Below, one piece after another: positions 26,862-35,506 of a stretch of DNA of 55,834 bases; the first letter of the stretch is position 1; every line of letters starts with the position of its first letter. The notes under the pieces were generated by a model that had not been told where the DNA came from, made no database searches, and saw only the letters and a program-made list of their open reading frames with translations. Source of the stretch: Acidobacteriota bacterium (GTDB taxonomy: Bacteria > Acidobacteriota > Thermoanaerobaculia > UBA5066 > Gp7-AA6); NCBI GenBank assembly GCA_046726795.1, contig JBKPBH010000019.1:1-55834 (forward strand). The letters are read 5' to 3'. The translations under genes and the position numbers were made by a program.

Positions 26862-27401
26862 GTGCGACGAGCCGTCAGGGCCGGGATTGGGCTCGGGATC
26901 CTGCTGAGCGCCTGCCTCTCGTGCCGGCCTTCCGGGACGAAGATGCCTCGTAAGGTAGTCCTGCCGGGGATCCCGCCCATCGCCCGTTTCCAGCCTCCCG
27001 CGGACGGCCTCGTCACCGACGCGCAGCTGGACCGCTACGCGCGCGTGCGCCGCGCGGCCCGCGGCCGCTCGGAGGAAGAGGCGGCCCGAGCCGTGGGGGT
27101 CGACCCCGAGGAAGCCGTCTGGGTGCGCGCGCGTGTCGTGGAAGCGATCGTGTATCTGGAAGCGTCCCAGGTCCGAAACGCCGCCGAAGGCACGTACGCG
27201 CGAACGATCGCCTCCGTCAAGGAAGCCGCCAAGAGCGCGGAGGACAAGGAAACTCGCAGGAAGCTCGAGGAACAGATTGCGCTGCTGGAGAGGGAGAGAG
27301 CCGGGTTGCGGGCGCCCGATCCCCCCGCGTCGTCGGTGGCCGCCAACGCCCGTCGGGTCGCGCCCCGGCGGCAGGAGCTCGACGCGGGCTCGCGGCCGTG
27401 A
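26862..27401 (+). CDS. hypothetical lipoprotein
   Basis: GTG start with a lipobox-like N-terminus GLGILLSAC. The protein is helical and charged, with no recognisable domain. TAAACT lies 6 nt upstream of the start. Confidence 0.5.
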   Translation: MRRAVRAGIGLGILLSACLSCRPSGTKMPRKVVLPGIPPIARFQPPADGLVTDAQLDRYARVRRAARGRSEEEAARAVGVDPEEAVWVRARVVEAIVYLEASQVRNAAEGTYARTIASVKEAAKSAEDKETRRKLEEQIALLERERAGLRAPDPPASSVAANARRVAPRRQELDAGSRP

Positions 27402-27411
27402 GCTCACGGAC

Positions 27412-28458
27412 GTGACGGGTGTCTCGGAATTCCTCGAGACGGAAACCGCGGAAGGATCTTTCCCCGGAGCGGCCGCCCTGCTGGCCGGACCCGAAGCGAT
27501 CCTGGAGGAGACTTACGCCGGTCAGGCCGCGGTCGAGCCTTCCACCGTGGCTGTCTCGGAGAAGACTCTCTGGGACCTCGCGAGCCTGACCAAGCCTCTC
27601 TGCTGCGGAGCCCTCACCCGGATCGCCGCCGCAGGAGGCTTCGATCTGGAGCTCTCTCCGGGGTACTTCTTCCCGGCCTGGAAGAGGACTCGCTACGAAG
27701 GGATCACCGTGCGGTCGCTGCTCACACACACCTCCGGGCTTCCCGCGTGGTTCCCCCTCTACGTCCGAGGGGAGGGGGCTGGCGCCTACGCCAGAACGCT
27801 GGCCGAGCTCGACCCGGTCGCGCGGCCGGGAAGCGCGGTCCTCTATAGCGACGTCAACTTCCTACTTCTGGGAGACATTCTTGAAAGGCACTTCTCCTCG
27901 CCTCTCGATCGCGCGTTTGCGGATCTCGTGGCCGGACCTGCCGGATCGGCGGCCCAATTTCTGCCCTCGGAGGCTCGGGCCACGGCGGCGACCGAGAAGG
28001 GGGACGCGACCGAGCGGCGGATGACCGCGGACCTGGGACTCTCGTATCCGCGTTTTCGCACGGGAATCGTCTGGGGGGAGGTCCACGACGGGAACGCCCT
28101 TCGCCGCGGGGGGGTCGCCGGCAACGCCGGGCTCTTCGCCACCGCCCGCGATGTCTGGGTCCTGGCCCGGGCGTGGTTGACGAATTTCTCGGCCGATTTC
28201 TGCGGCGACGCGACGCCGCAGCACCCGGAAGGACGCGGCCTGTCGTGGCAGTCCTGGAGGGGCGCCGGCCCCGCGGTGTCCGAGATGTCCCCGCGGTCCT
28301 TCGGACACACCGGCTTCACAGGGACCTCGCTCTGGATGGACCCGGACTCCGGCCGGATCGCCATCCTCTTGACCAACCGGATCCACCCGACCGTCCAACC
28401 CGGCGACTTCAACGAAGTGCGCCGGCGGTTCCACCGACTCGCCTGGAGCCAGGCTTAG
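27412..28458 (+). CDS. serine hydrolase, beta-lactamase/transpeptidase fold (class C/esterase-like)
   Basis: SxxK motif ASLTKPL, then YSDVNFLLLG and HTGFTGTSLWMDP (HxG box). In-frame GTG 27412 follows the upstream gene's stop. Confidence 0.8.
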   Translation: MTGVSEFLETETAEGSFPGAAALLAGPEAILEETYAGQAAVEPSTVAVSEKTLWDLASLTKPLCCGALTRIAAAGGFDLELSPGYFFPAWKRTRYEGITVRSLLTHTSGLPAWFPLYVRGEGAGAYARTLAELDPVARPGSAVLYSDVNFLLLGDILERHFSSPLDRAFADLVAGPAGSAAQFLPSEARATAATEKGDATERRMTADLGLSYPRFRTGIVWGEVHDGNALRRGGVAGNAGLFATARDVWVLARAWLTNFSADFCGDATPQHPEGRGLSWQSWRGAGPAVSEMSPRSFGHTGFTGTSLWMDPDSGRIAILLTNRIHPTVQPGDFNEVRRRFHRLAWSQA

Positions 28459-28609
28459 CGGGTTGCCGGAAAAGAGCGTGAGGCGGCGTTGCCGAGAGTT
28501 TTCAAGAGGTTGCCCGTGAAGCCAGGCCCCGGTCTTAGACTCTCCCGGCCGCCCTTCGCGAAGCGAACGCCGCGGCCGAATGTTGTAGATTTGGGGCTTG
28601 GGAGTTTGA

Positions 28610-29791
28610 ATGGAAGACATCGTCATTCTTGAGGGCGTCCGGACTCCGATGGCGGAGTACAACGGCGCCTTCTCCGACATCTCGGCCATCGACCTGGCCG
28701 TCCACGCTTCGCGAGAAGCCTTGAAGCGCTCGGGGACCGAGCCCGAGGAGATCGAGCATGTCATCTTCGGCAACGCGCTGCAGACCTCGGGCGACGCGAT
28801 CTACGGCGCGCGCCACGTGGCCTTGAAGTCCGGCATCCCGAAGGAAGTCCCGGCCCTGACGGTGAACCGCCTCTGCGGGTCCGGATTCGAGTCCATCGTG
28901 CAGGCGTCCCATCGGATCAATCTGGGCGAAGCGGGGACCGTGCTCGCGGGCGGCATGGAGAACATGTCGCAGGCGCCTCACGTCATCCGCGGCGCGCGCA
29001 AGGGCTTGAAGCTGGGGCAGGGCAAACTCGAGGACTCGCTCATGGTGGCGCTTCTCGACACGTACGCGGGGCTCTACATGGCCGAGACCTCCGACCGGGT
29101 CGCCGCGAAGTACGGGATCACCCGGGAGGAACAGGACGCCTACGCCCTCTCCTCCCAGAAGCGCGCGGCGGCCGCCTGGGCTTCCTGCCGGCTCTCCGAG
29201 GAGGTCGTGCCGGTGGAGTGGAAGTCCGGTCGCAAGACGATGCGCATCGAAAAAGACGACCACTTGCGTCCCGAGACGACGCTCGAGACCCTGGCCGCCC
29301 TCCCCCCGTCCTTCGGAGAAGGTGGACAGGTCACGGCGGGCAACGCCTCCGGGATCGTGGACGCCGCCGCGGCCGTCGTCGTGACCTCGGCCGAGCGCGC
29401 ACGCGCGAAGGGGAGGAAGCCGCTCGGCCGTCTGGTCGCCTCCGCCGTGGTCGGCTGTGAGCCCGAGTTGATGGGGCTCGGTCCCGCCCCGGCCGCCCGC
29501 GCCGCGCTGCAGAAAGCCGGGTTGGCGATGAAAGACATCGACCTCTGGGAAATCAACGAGGCTTTCGCCGGCCAGATCCTCGGAGTCATCCGAGAACTCG
29601 GCCTCGATCGCGAAAGGTTGAACGTCAACGGCGGCGCGATCGCTCTGGGGCACCCGCTGGCGGCCACGGGGACGCGCTGCACGCTGACCCTGCTCAAGGA
29701 ACTGCGGCGGCGCGGCCTGCGCTACGGGCTCGCGGGTGCCTGCATCGGCGGAGGCCAGGGGATCGCCGTGGTCGTCGAGGTCCTGGGATAG
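28610..29791 (+). CDS. acetyl-CoA C-acetyltransferase (thiolase II)
   Basis: MEDIVILEGVRTPM, active-site VNRLCGSG, NGGAIALGHP, and GACIGGGQG at the C-terminus. Confidence 0.92.
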   Translation: MEDIVILEGVRTPMAEYNGAFSDISAIDLAVHASREALKRSGTEPEEIEHVIFGNALQTSGDAIYGARHVALKSGIPKEVPALTVNRLCGSGFESIVQASHRINLGEAGTVLAGGMENMSQAPHVIRGARKGLKLGQGKLEDSLMVALLDTYAGLYMAETSDRVAAKYGITREEQDAYALSSQKRAAAAWASCRLSEEVVPVEWKSGRKTMRIEKDDHLRPETTLETLAALPPSFGEGGQVTAGNASGIVDAAAAVVVTSAERARAKGRKPLGRLVASAVVGCEPELMGLGPAPAARAALQKAGLAMKDIDLWEINEAFAGQILGVIRELGLDRERLNVNGGAIALGHPLAATGTRCTLTLLKELRRRGLRYGLAGACIGGGQGIAVVVEVLG

Positions 29792-29844
29792 CCTCCCGCC
29801 TGTCGGCTTTCATCTCTCCGCTTTCAAGGAAAACCGAGGTGGCG

Positions 29845-30705
29845 ATGAAGATCTCCCGGGTTGGAGTTCTCGGAGCGGGCCTGATGGGGTCCGGGATCGC
29901 CGAGGTGGCGGCGAAGGCCGGATACGAGACGACCGTGCGGGAAGTCTCGGAGGAGCTCGAGCGCAAGGGGCTCTCGCGCATCGAAGGATCTCTGGCGAGA
30001 GCCGTCGAGAAGGGGAAGCTCGACGCCGCGGCCCGCGACGCCGCCCGAGCCAGGCTCTCGACGACGACGCGGCTCGAGGAGCTGTCCGAGTGCGACATCG
30101 TCGTCGAGGCGATCGTCGAGAGCCTCGAGGCCAAGAGGGAAGTCTTCCAAACCCTCGATCGGGCCTGCAAACCGGACACCATCTTCTGCTCCAACACCTC
30201 GTCGCTGACGATCACCGAGTTGTCGGCCGCGACGCGCCGGCCGGACCGGTTCGCCGGGCTTCACTTCTTCAATCCCGTGCCGGTCATGAAGCTCGTCGAG
30301 GTGGTCCGGACGATCGCGACCTCGGAGGCGACGGAAAAGACGGTCTTCGACTTCGCCAAGTCGCTCGGCAAGGAACCGATCCGGGCGCAGGACAACTCGG
30401 GATTCGTCGTCAACCGCCTGCTCGTCCCGTACCTGCTCGACGCCGTCCGCGCGCTCGATGAAGGGGTTGCGACGAGGGAGGACATCGACATGGGGATGGA
30501 GCTCGGATGCGGCCACCCGATGGGTCCCCAGAGGCTCCTCGATTTCGTGGGCCTCGACACGACCTATGCCATCGCCGAGATCATGTTCAACGAATACCGG
30601 GAGAAGCGGTTCGCGCCGCCGCCCCTCTTGAAACGCATGGTGGTCGCCGGCCGTTTCGGGAAGAAGTCGGGGCGCGGGTTCTACGAGTACGGAGAGGGGA
30701 AATGA
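29845..30705 (+). CDS. hbd: 3-hydroxybutyryl-CoA dehydrogenase
   Basis: VGVLGAGLMGSGIA Rossmann motif and SNTSSL, HFFNPVPVMKLVE, GFVVNR. ATG 29845 is preceded by GAGGTG; GTG 29839 is the alternative. Confidence 0.9.
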   Translation: MKISRVGVLGAGLMGSGIAEVAAKAGYETTVREVSEELERKGLSRIEGSLARAVEKGKLDAAARDAARARLSTTTRLEELSECDIVVEAIVESLEAKREVFQTLDRACKPDTIFCSNTSSLTITELSAATRRPDRFAGLHFFNPVPVMKLVEVVRTIATSEATEKTVFDFAKSLGKEPIRAQDNSGFVVNRLLVPYLLDAVRALDEGVATREDIDMGMELGCGHPMGPQRLLDFVGLDTTYAIAEIMFNEYREKRFAPPPLLKRMVVAGRFGKKSGRGFYEYGEGK

Positions 30706-31487
30706 GCCCTCCGGCGATTCGAGTCGAGACCCGGGAGGGAATCCGGACGCTGACCGTAGACCGTCCGGAGAAGTTGAACGCCTTGAACTCGGCTGTCCAG
30801 GGGGAGCTCGCGGCCCGCGTCGCGGAGGCCGCTGAAGACCCGGCGCTGCGGTGTCTGATCCTGACGGGGGCTGGGGAGAAGGCCTTCATCGCCGGAGCGG
30901 ATATCGCGGAGCTCGCGAAGTTGACTCCTCTGGACGGCCGCGAGCACGCGCGTCGGGGCCAGGCCCTGCTCGACCGCCTGGAGAACCTGCCCTTCCCGAC
31001 GATCGCCGCGATCAACGGCTACGCCTACGGCGGAGGCCTGGAGCTCGCGCTCGCCTGTACGCTGCGCGTGGCCTCGGAGAACGCCAAGATGGGGCTGCCG
31101 GAGACATCGCTCGGAATCCTGCCGGGGTATGGCGGGACGCAACGTCTGGCCCGCCTGCTGGGAAAGGCCCGGGCCGCGGAGCTCGTGTTGACGGCCGAGA
31201 AGGGAGTCACGGCCGCCGAGGCCCATCGGCTGGGGCTCGTCAACCGCGTCGTTCCCGCCGGCCAGGCGCTCGAGGCGGCCTTCGAGCTGGCGCGGGCCAT
31301 CGCCCGGAACGGCCCGATCGCCTGCCGCTACGCTCTGGAGGCGATCCGGCGCGGAGTCGAGATGCCGCTTGCGGAAGGGCTGGCATACGAGGCTACGCTC
31401 TTCGGCCTCTGCGCTTCGACCGACGACATGAGAGAGGGGATGAACGCCTTCCTGGAAAAGAGAACCCCGAAATTCACGGGGAAGTGA
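30702..31487 (+). CDS. enoyl-CoA hydratase (crotonase family)
   Basis: LTVDRPEKLNAL, ILTGAGEKAFIAGADI and AAINGYAYGGGLELALAC. The ATG overlaps the hbd stop (ATGA). Confidence 0.9.
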   Translation: MSPPAIRVETREGIRTLTVDRPEKLNALNSAVQGELAARVAEAAEDPALRCLILTGAGEKAFIAGADIAELAKLTPLDGREHARRGQALLDRLENLPFPTIAAINGYAYGGGLELALACTLRVASENAKMGLPETSLGILPGYGGTQRLARLLGKARAAELVLTAEKGVTAAEAHRLGLVNRVVPAGQALEAAFELARAIARNGPIACRYALEAIRRGVEMPLAEGLAYEATLFGLCASTDDMREGMNAFLEKRTPKFTGK

Positions 31488-31500
31488 GTCTTGACCTCCT

Positions 31501-31619
31501 GTCATTCTGAGGTCGCCGACGCGCCAGAGCCGCTATGGCGACGGCGCGAGCGAAGCGACGAAGAATCTGCCCCCATCGGCACGACGAGAGCAGATCCTCC
31601 GCTTCGCTCAGGGTGACGG
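31501..31619. repeat. Composite REP-like inverted repeat (GTCAYYCTGAG ... GAGCGAAGCG..GATCTG family)
   Basis: gtcattctgag...gcgagcgaagcgacgaagaatctgc (forward) pairs with cagatcctccgcttcgctcagggtgac (inverted). A nested small hairpin gtcgcc...ggcgac lies inside. The element is located between the crotonase gene and the IPMS-like gene. Confidence 0.55.
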
Positions 31620-31675
31620 GAGAACTCCCATCCCACCGGCCTGAAACCTGCTAGACTTTCTCCGAGAGGCAGACC

Positions 31676-32926
31676 TTGCATCCGCCGGAATCCGACCTGA
31701 TCTACGACTGGAACCGAGCCGGGGGCGCGGTTTTCCCGGCGCGTGGGCGGGTCGAGTTGGACGACGAGACTCTGCGCGACGGGTTGCAGTCCCCCTCGGT
31801 CAAGAGCCCCGCCGTCGAGCAGAAACTCGAGATCCTGCACCTCATGGAGGCTCTCAGTATCGACTCGGCCGACATCGGATTGCCCGGGGCCGGGCCGCAC
31901 GTCGTTCGGACGGTCACGCGGCTCGCCCGCGAGATCGTGGACGCGCAGATGAAGCTGCGTCCCAACTGCGCGGCGCGGACGATCGCCGCCGACATCCTTC
32001 CGATCATCGAGATCTCGCAGAAGGTCGGGATTCCGATCGAAGTGGCGTGCTTCATCGGCTCCTCGCCGATCCGGCAGTACGCCGAGGACTGGGACCTCGG
32101 GCGGATGCTCCGGATGACCGAGGAGGCCGTGTCGCTGGCCGTGCGCGAAGGGTTGCCGGTCATGTACGTGACCGAAGACACGACGCGCGCCCATCCGGAT
32201 CACATCCGCCAGATGTACACGGCGGCCATCCGGGCCGGCGCCGGCCGCGTCTGCGTCTGCGACACGGTCGGCCACGCGACCCCCGACGGAGTCCGAAACG
32301 TCATCCGATACGTCTCGAGGCTCGTCCTCGAGGTCAATCCCGAGGTCAAGGTGGACTGGCACGGCCACCAGGACCGCGGCTTCGGCGTGACCAACGCGCT
32401 CTGGGCCCTCGAGGCGGGAGCGCATCGGGTCCACGCCTGCGCGCTCGGGATCGGCGAGAGAGTCGGCAACACGCCGATGGACCAGCTGCTCGTGAACCTG
32501 CAGCTTCTGGGCTGGATCGACCGCGACTTGACGAGCCTCCACGATTACTGCTCGGCCGTCTCCCGCGCTACCGAAGTCCCCATCCCCGACAACTATCCCG
32601 TCGTCGGGCGCGATGCCTTCCGGACTGGCACGGGAGTCCACGCCGCCGCGATCATCAAGGCCCGCAAGAAGGGGGACGAGTGGCTGGCCGATCGGGTCTA
32701 CTCGGGCGTCCCCGCGGGGATGGTCGGCCGCACGCAGATCATCGAGGTTGGCCCCATGAGCGGGCTCTCCAACGTCCAGTGCTGGCTGGAGAACCATGGC
32801 ATCGAGCCCCGTCAGGAGCTCGTCGAAACCGTCTTCCGCCGCGCGAAGGAGAGCGACCACGTCCTTTCCGACGAGGAGATTCTCGGGATCGTCTCGAGCT
32901 TCGCGCCCGCCGCCGCGGCGCGGTGA
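31676..32926 (+). CDS. DRE-TIM metallolyase family enzyme (2-isopropylmalate / homocitrate / citramalate synthase-like, short form)
   Basis: LDDETLRDGLQSP substrate/metal motif and WHGHQDRGFGVTNAL (HxH). At 416 aa it has no LeuA C-terminal regulatory domain. TTG start preceded by GAGAGG. Confidence 0.75.
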   Translation: MHPPESDLIYDWNRAGGAVFPARGRVELDDETLRDGLQSPSVKSPAVEQKLEILHLMEALSIDSADIGLPGAGPHVVRTVTRLAREIVDAQMKLRPNCAARTIAADILPIIEISQKVGIPIEVACFIGSSPIRQYAEDWDLGRMLRMTEEAVSLAVREGLPVMYVTEDTTRAHPDHIRQMYTAAIRAGAGRVCVCDTVGHATPDGVRNVIRYVSRLVLEVNPEVKVDWHGHQDRGFGVTNALWALEAGAHRVHACALGIGERVGNTPMDQLLVNLQLLGWIDRDLTSLHDYCSAVSRATEVPIPDNYPVVGRDAFRTGTGVHAAAIIKARKKGDEWLADRVYSGVPAGMVGRTQIIEVGPMSGLSNVQCWLENHGIEPRQELVETVFRRAKESDHVLSDEEILGIVSSFAPAAAAR

Positions 32927-33879
32927 GCCGAACCCCCGGTTCCAGGCCTCGGGTCCCCGGGTCCGAGGAATTCCTGGAGCGGCACCTTCCGACGTACCTC
33001 GATCATCTGGCGGTCGAGAGAGGGCTGTCGCCGGCGAGCCTGAAGGCGTATCGCGGCGATCTCGAGGCCTTCGGCTCCTGGCTGACCCGGTCCAGGCTGT
33101 CGGCGGAGCGGGCGCGGCGCGAGGACCTCTCCCGCTACGTCCGAGAACTGAAGTCGCGAGGGCTCTCCTCGAGGTCGACGGCGCGGGCGCTGTCGGCGCT
33201 GCGCGGGTTCTACGGCTTCGCGGGGGTCCACTTGGGCTTCCGCTCGGACCCCACGGGCGACCTGGTCAACCCGAAGGCGGGGCTTTCGTTACCGAAGACC
33301 TTGACTGAAAAGGAGGTCGAAGCGCTCCTCCAATCCCCCGACTGCGGCCGGCCGCTCGGACTGCGCGACCGGGCGATGCTCGAGCTGATGTACGCCTCCG
33401 GTCTGCGGGTCTCGGAGATCGTCTCGCTGGCCCGGGACCGGATGGACATCCCCGAGGGGATCCTGAGGGTGACGGGGAAGGGGGGACGCGAGCGCCTGGT
33501 GCCGTTCGGGAGGTCGGCAGGCCGGTGGCTTTCCCGCTACCTCGCGGAAGTCCGCCCGGCACTGGACCGGAAGGGCTCGCCGTGTCTCTTCCTGACGCCT
33601 CGCGGCGGTGCCATGACGAGGCAGCGCTTCTGGCAGTTGATCGAGGGATACGGGCGACGGGCCGGGATCCGATCGCGCCTGACGCCCCACCGGCTGCGCC
33701 ACAGCTTCGCCACACACTTACTCGAGCATGGAGCGGACCTGCGCGCCCTCCAGATGATGCTCGGTCACGCCGACATCTCGACGACGCAGATCTACACCCG
33801 GATCTCCTCCTCGCGCCTGCGCCGGGTCTACGACGAGTTCCATCCCCGGGCCCGAAGACGTGGCAGAATAGGGGGGTAG
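32923..33879 (+). CDS. xerD: site-specific tyrosine recombinase XerD-like
   Basis: Catalytic residues in context: RDRAMLELMYASGLRVSE, GKGGRERLVP, HRLRHSFATHLL, LGHADISTTQIYT. GTG 32923 overlaps the upstream stop (GTGA). Confidence 0.85.
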   Translation: MSRTPGSRPRVPGSEEFLERHLPTYLDHLAVERGLSPASLKAYRGDLEAFGSWLTRSRLSAERARREDLSRYVRELKSRGLSSRSTARALSALRGFYGFAGVHLGFRSDPTGDLVNPKAGLSLPKTLTEKEVEALLQSPDCGRPLGLRDRAMLELMYASGLRVSEIVSLARDRMDIPEGILRVTGKGGRERLVPFGRSAGRWLSRYLAEVRPALDRKGSPCLFLTPRGGAMTRQRFWQLIEGYGRRAGIRSRLTPHRLRHSFATHLLEHGADLRALQMMLGHADISTTQIYTRISSSRLRRVYDEFHPRARRRGRIGG

Positions 33880-33902
33880 AGCCCCTTGCGAGGAAATAGC
33901 AG

Positions 33903-34655
33903 ATGTCTTCCAGCCGTTTCCCGCGTCAAATGAGCCGCTTGGCCCTCGCCGCCGCCGCCCTCGGAGGGGTTCTGGCGTCTTGCCCCGTCCTGGCGGACCT
34001 CGTGGTCTTCCAGGAGGGACAGGTCGTCAAGGCGGCCTCCTATCGGGTGGTCGACAACGAGCTGGAGATCGGACTGCCGGGGGGAGGCAGTTACCGCGTG
34101 GATCTGGAAAGAATCGAGCGGATCGTGGACGATGAGGTCGTGGTCGCCGATGTCTGCGTCCAGATGGATCCTTCGCTCGGGCCCGGTGCATACGACCTCT
34201 CCTACCGCGAGGACCGCCAGCCCCTCTTCAAAACCCCCTACGACACGCTGATCACGGCAGAGGCCAAGCGCTACGGCGTGGACGCCTCGCTCGTCTCGGC
34301 CTTGATCCGCGCCGAGTCCAACTACGAGCCCCGGGCGATCTCCCGCAAGGGAGCACGCGGGCTCATGCAGCTCATGCCCGCGACCGCGCGAAGGCTCTCG
34401 CTCTCCCAGCCCTTCGACCCCGTGGCCAACGTGCGCGCGGGGGTGCGTTACTTAAAGGAGCTCCTCGACCGATTCGACCACCGGCCGGAGCTGGTCCTCG
34501 CCGCGTACAACGCAGGCGAGAACGCCGTGGACACCTTCGGCGGCGTCCCGCCCTACCGCGAGACCGTCGGTTACGTCAAACGGATCCTGTCCTGGTGGAC
34601 CCCGGCCCTGGCGGCCGCGGTCGCGCCCGTCACGGCCGCGCGTTCCAGTCCTTAG
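33903..34655 (+). CDS. lytic transglycosylase (SLT domain)
   Basis: Signal/anchor sequence followed by SLVSALIRAESNYEPRAISRKGARGLMQLMPATA and AYNAGENAV. Confidence 0.85.
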   Translation: MSSSRFPRQMSRLALAAAALGGVLASCPVLADLVVFQEGQVVKAASYRVVDNELEIGLPGGGSYRVDLERIERIVDDEVVVADVCVQMDPSLGPGAYDLSYREDRQPLFKTPYDTLITAEAKRYGVDASLVSALIRAESNYEPRAISRKGARGLMQLMPATARRLSLSQPFDPVANVRAGVRYLKELLDRFDHRPELVLAAYNAGENAVDTFGGVPPYRETVGYVKRILSWWTPALAAAVAPVTAARSSP

Positions 34656-34681
34656 TCCCTGGTCCTCAGTCCTTAGTCGGC
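34647..34681. repeat. Tandem heptamer array AGTCCTT x5 spanning two convergent stop codons
   Basis: agtcctt-agtccct-ggtcctc-agtcctt-agtcggc. The 20-mer ggtcctcagtccttagtcgg is 18/20 identical to 38327-38346. Confidence 0.7.
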
Positions 34682-35487
34682 ACGAGGGCGACGGCCCGCA
34701 GGGGACCGCCCGATCCGCCGGCGATCTTCATCGGCAGGGCTACGATCCAGGCGCCGGATTCTGGCACCTGCTCCAGATTCGCCAGGTTTTCGAGACCGGG
34801 GACGTTCGCGCCGTTGGCGATCTGATGGACGATGAAGTCCTTCGACGGGCCATAGTCGATCGAGGCGGTGTCGAGCCCGATCGCCGCGACATGCCGCTCC
34901 CGGACGAGGAGCTCCGCGGATTCCTTGCCGAAGGAAGGAAAATGGAGATGGTCCGTGGCTCCCGGCGTGTCGTCGCCCAGGTAGCGCTTCCGGTCGGGCC
35001 AGCGCGAGCCCCAGCCGGTTCGCAGGAGCACGATCGCTCCGGCGGGGATCGGACGGTGCCGCTTCTCCCAGGACCGGACGTCCTCCGCGCTCAGGCGGTA
35101 GTCGGCGTCGGCGGCCGCTTGCTTCGTCGCGTCGATCACAACGGCGGGCGCGACGAGCTTCGACAACGGGATCTGGTCCGCCGCCCAGCCGTCTTTGGCG
35201 AAGTGTGAGGGAGCGTCCAGGTGCGTTCCTCCGTGCTCCGGGGCACAGAAGGAGTTCATCCTGTAGTAATACCCGCCCTCGGAAACCCCGTCGGCCAGCT
35301 TCGTGAGCTTGAACGTCGAAGGAGAGTTGGGCCAGTAGATCGTCTTCTCGTCGAAGGCATGCGTCAAGTCCACGACTCTGGCGTTCGCAAGATCGAGCCG
35401 CGCAGACGCGGGGGGCGCGGCCGCGGCGGCAGCGAAAGCGGCGATCGCCACCGCGGTGAGAACCGGCAATCGCAACGCGAGTTTCAT
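34666..35487 (-). CDS. cyclase family protein (kynurenine formamidase-like), secreted
   Basis: HGGTHLDAPSHF metal-binding motif and an N-terminal signal peptide MKLALRLPVLTAVAIAAFAAAAAA. Confidence 0.85.
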   Translation of the reverse strand: MKLALRLPVLTAVAIAAFAAAAAAPPASARLDLANARVVDLTHAFDEKTIYWPNSPSTFKLTKLADGVSEGGYYYRMNSFCAPEHGGTHLDAPSHFAKDGWAADQIPLSKLVAPAVVIDATKQAAADADYRLSAEDVRSWEKRHRPIPAGAIVLLRTGWGSRWPDRKRYLGDDTPGATDHLHFPSFGKESAELLVRERHVAAIGLDTASIDYGPSKDFIVHQIANGANVPGLENLANLEQVPESGAWIVALPMKIAGGSGGPLRAVALVPTKD

Positions 35488-35506
35488 TCGACTCCTCCTC
35501 TCGGGT

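Noticed and set aside
28462-28514. Three GTTGCC hexamers (28462, 28488, 28509) upstream of the thiolase gene as transcription-factor sites.
   Set aside because: The hexamer is short and GC-rich, the spacing is irregular (26 and 21 nt), and there is no palindromic partner. This is compatible with chance.
30655-30706. My manual base count across the G-run at about 30657-30661 disagreed by one base with the frames in the supplied ORF track. This could have hinted at a frameshift at the hbd/crotonase junction.
   Set aside because: Both track ORFs (29839..30705 and 30507..31487) translate cleanly into full-length hbd and crotonase, and coordinates on both sides check out. I attribute the discrepancy to my own counting and used the track coordinates.
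28610-31487. thiolase-hbd-crotonase as a complete butyrate or PHB pathway.
   Set aside because: No butyryl-CoA dehydrogenase/etf, phaC or phaB genes are in the window. The trio alone fits generic short-chain acyl-CoA metabolism and is not unusual.
32923-33879. Tyrosine recombinase as a marker of an integrated mobile element.
   Set aside because: The sequence is XerD-like and housekeeping. It overlaps an upstream metabolic gene and has no flanking att-like repeats, phage genes or IS genes.
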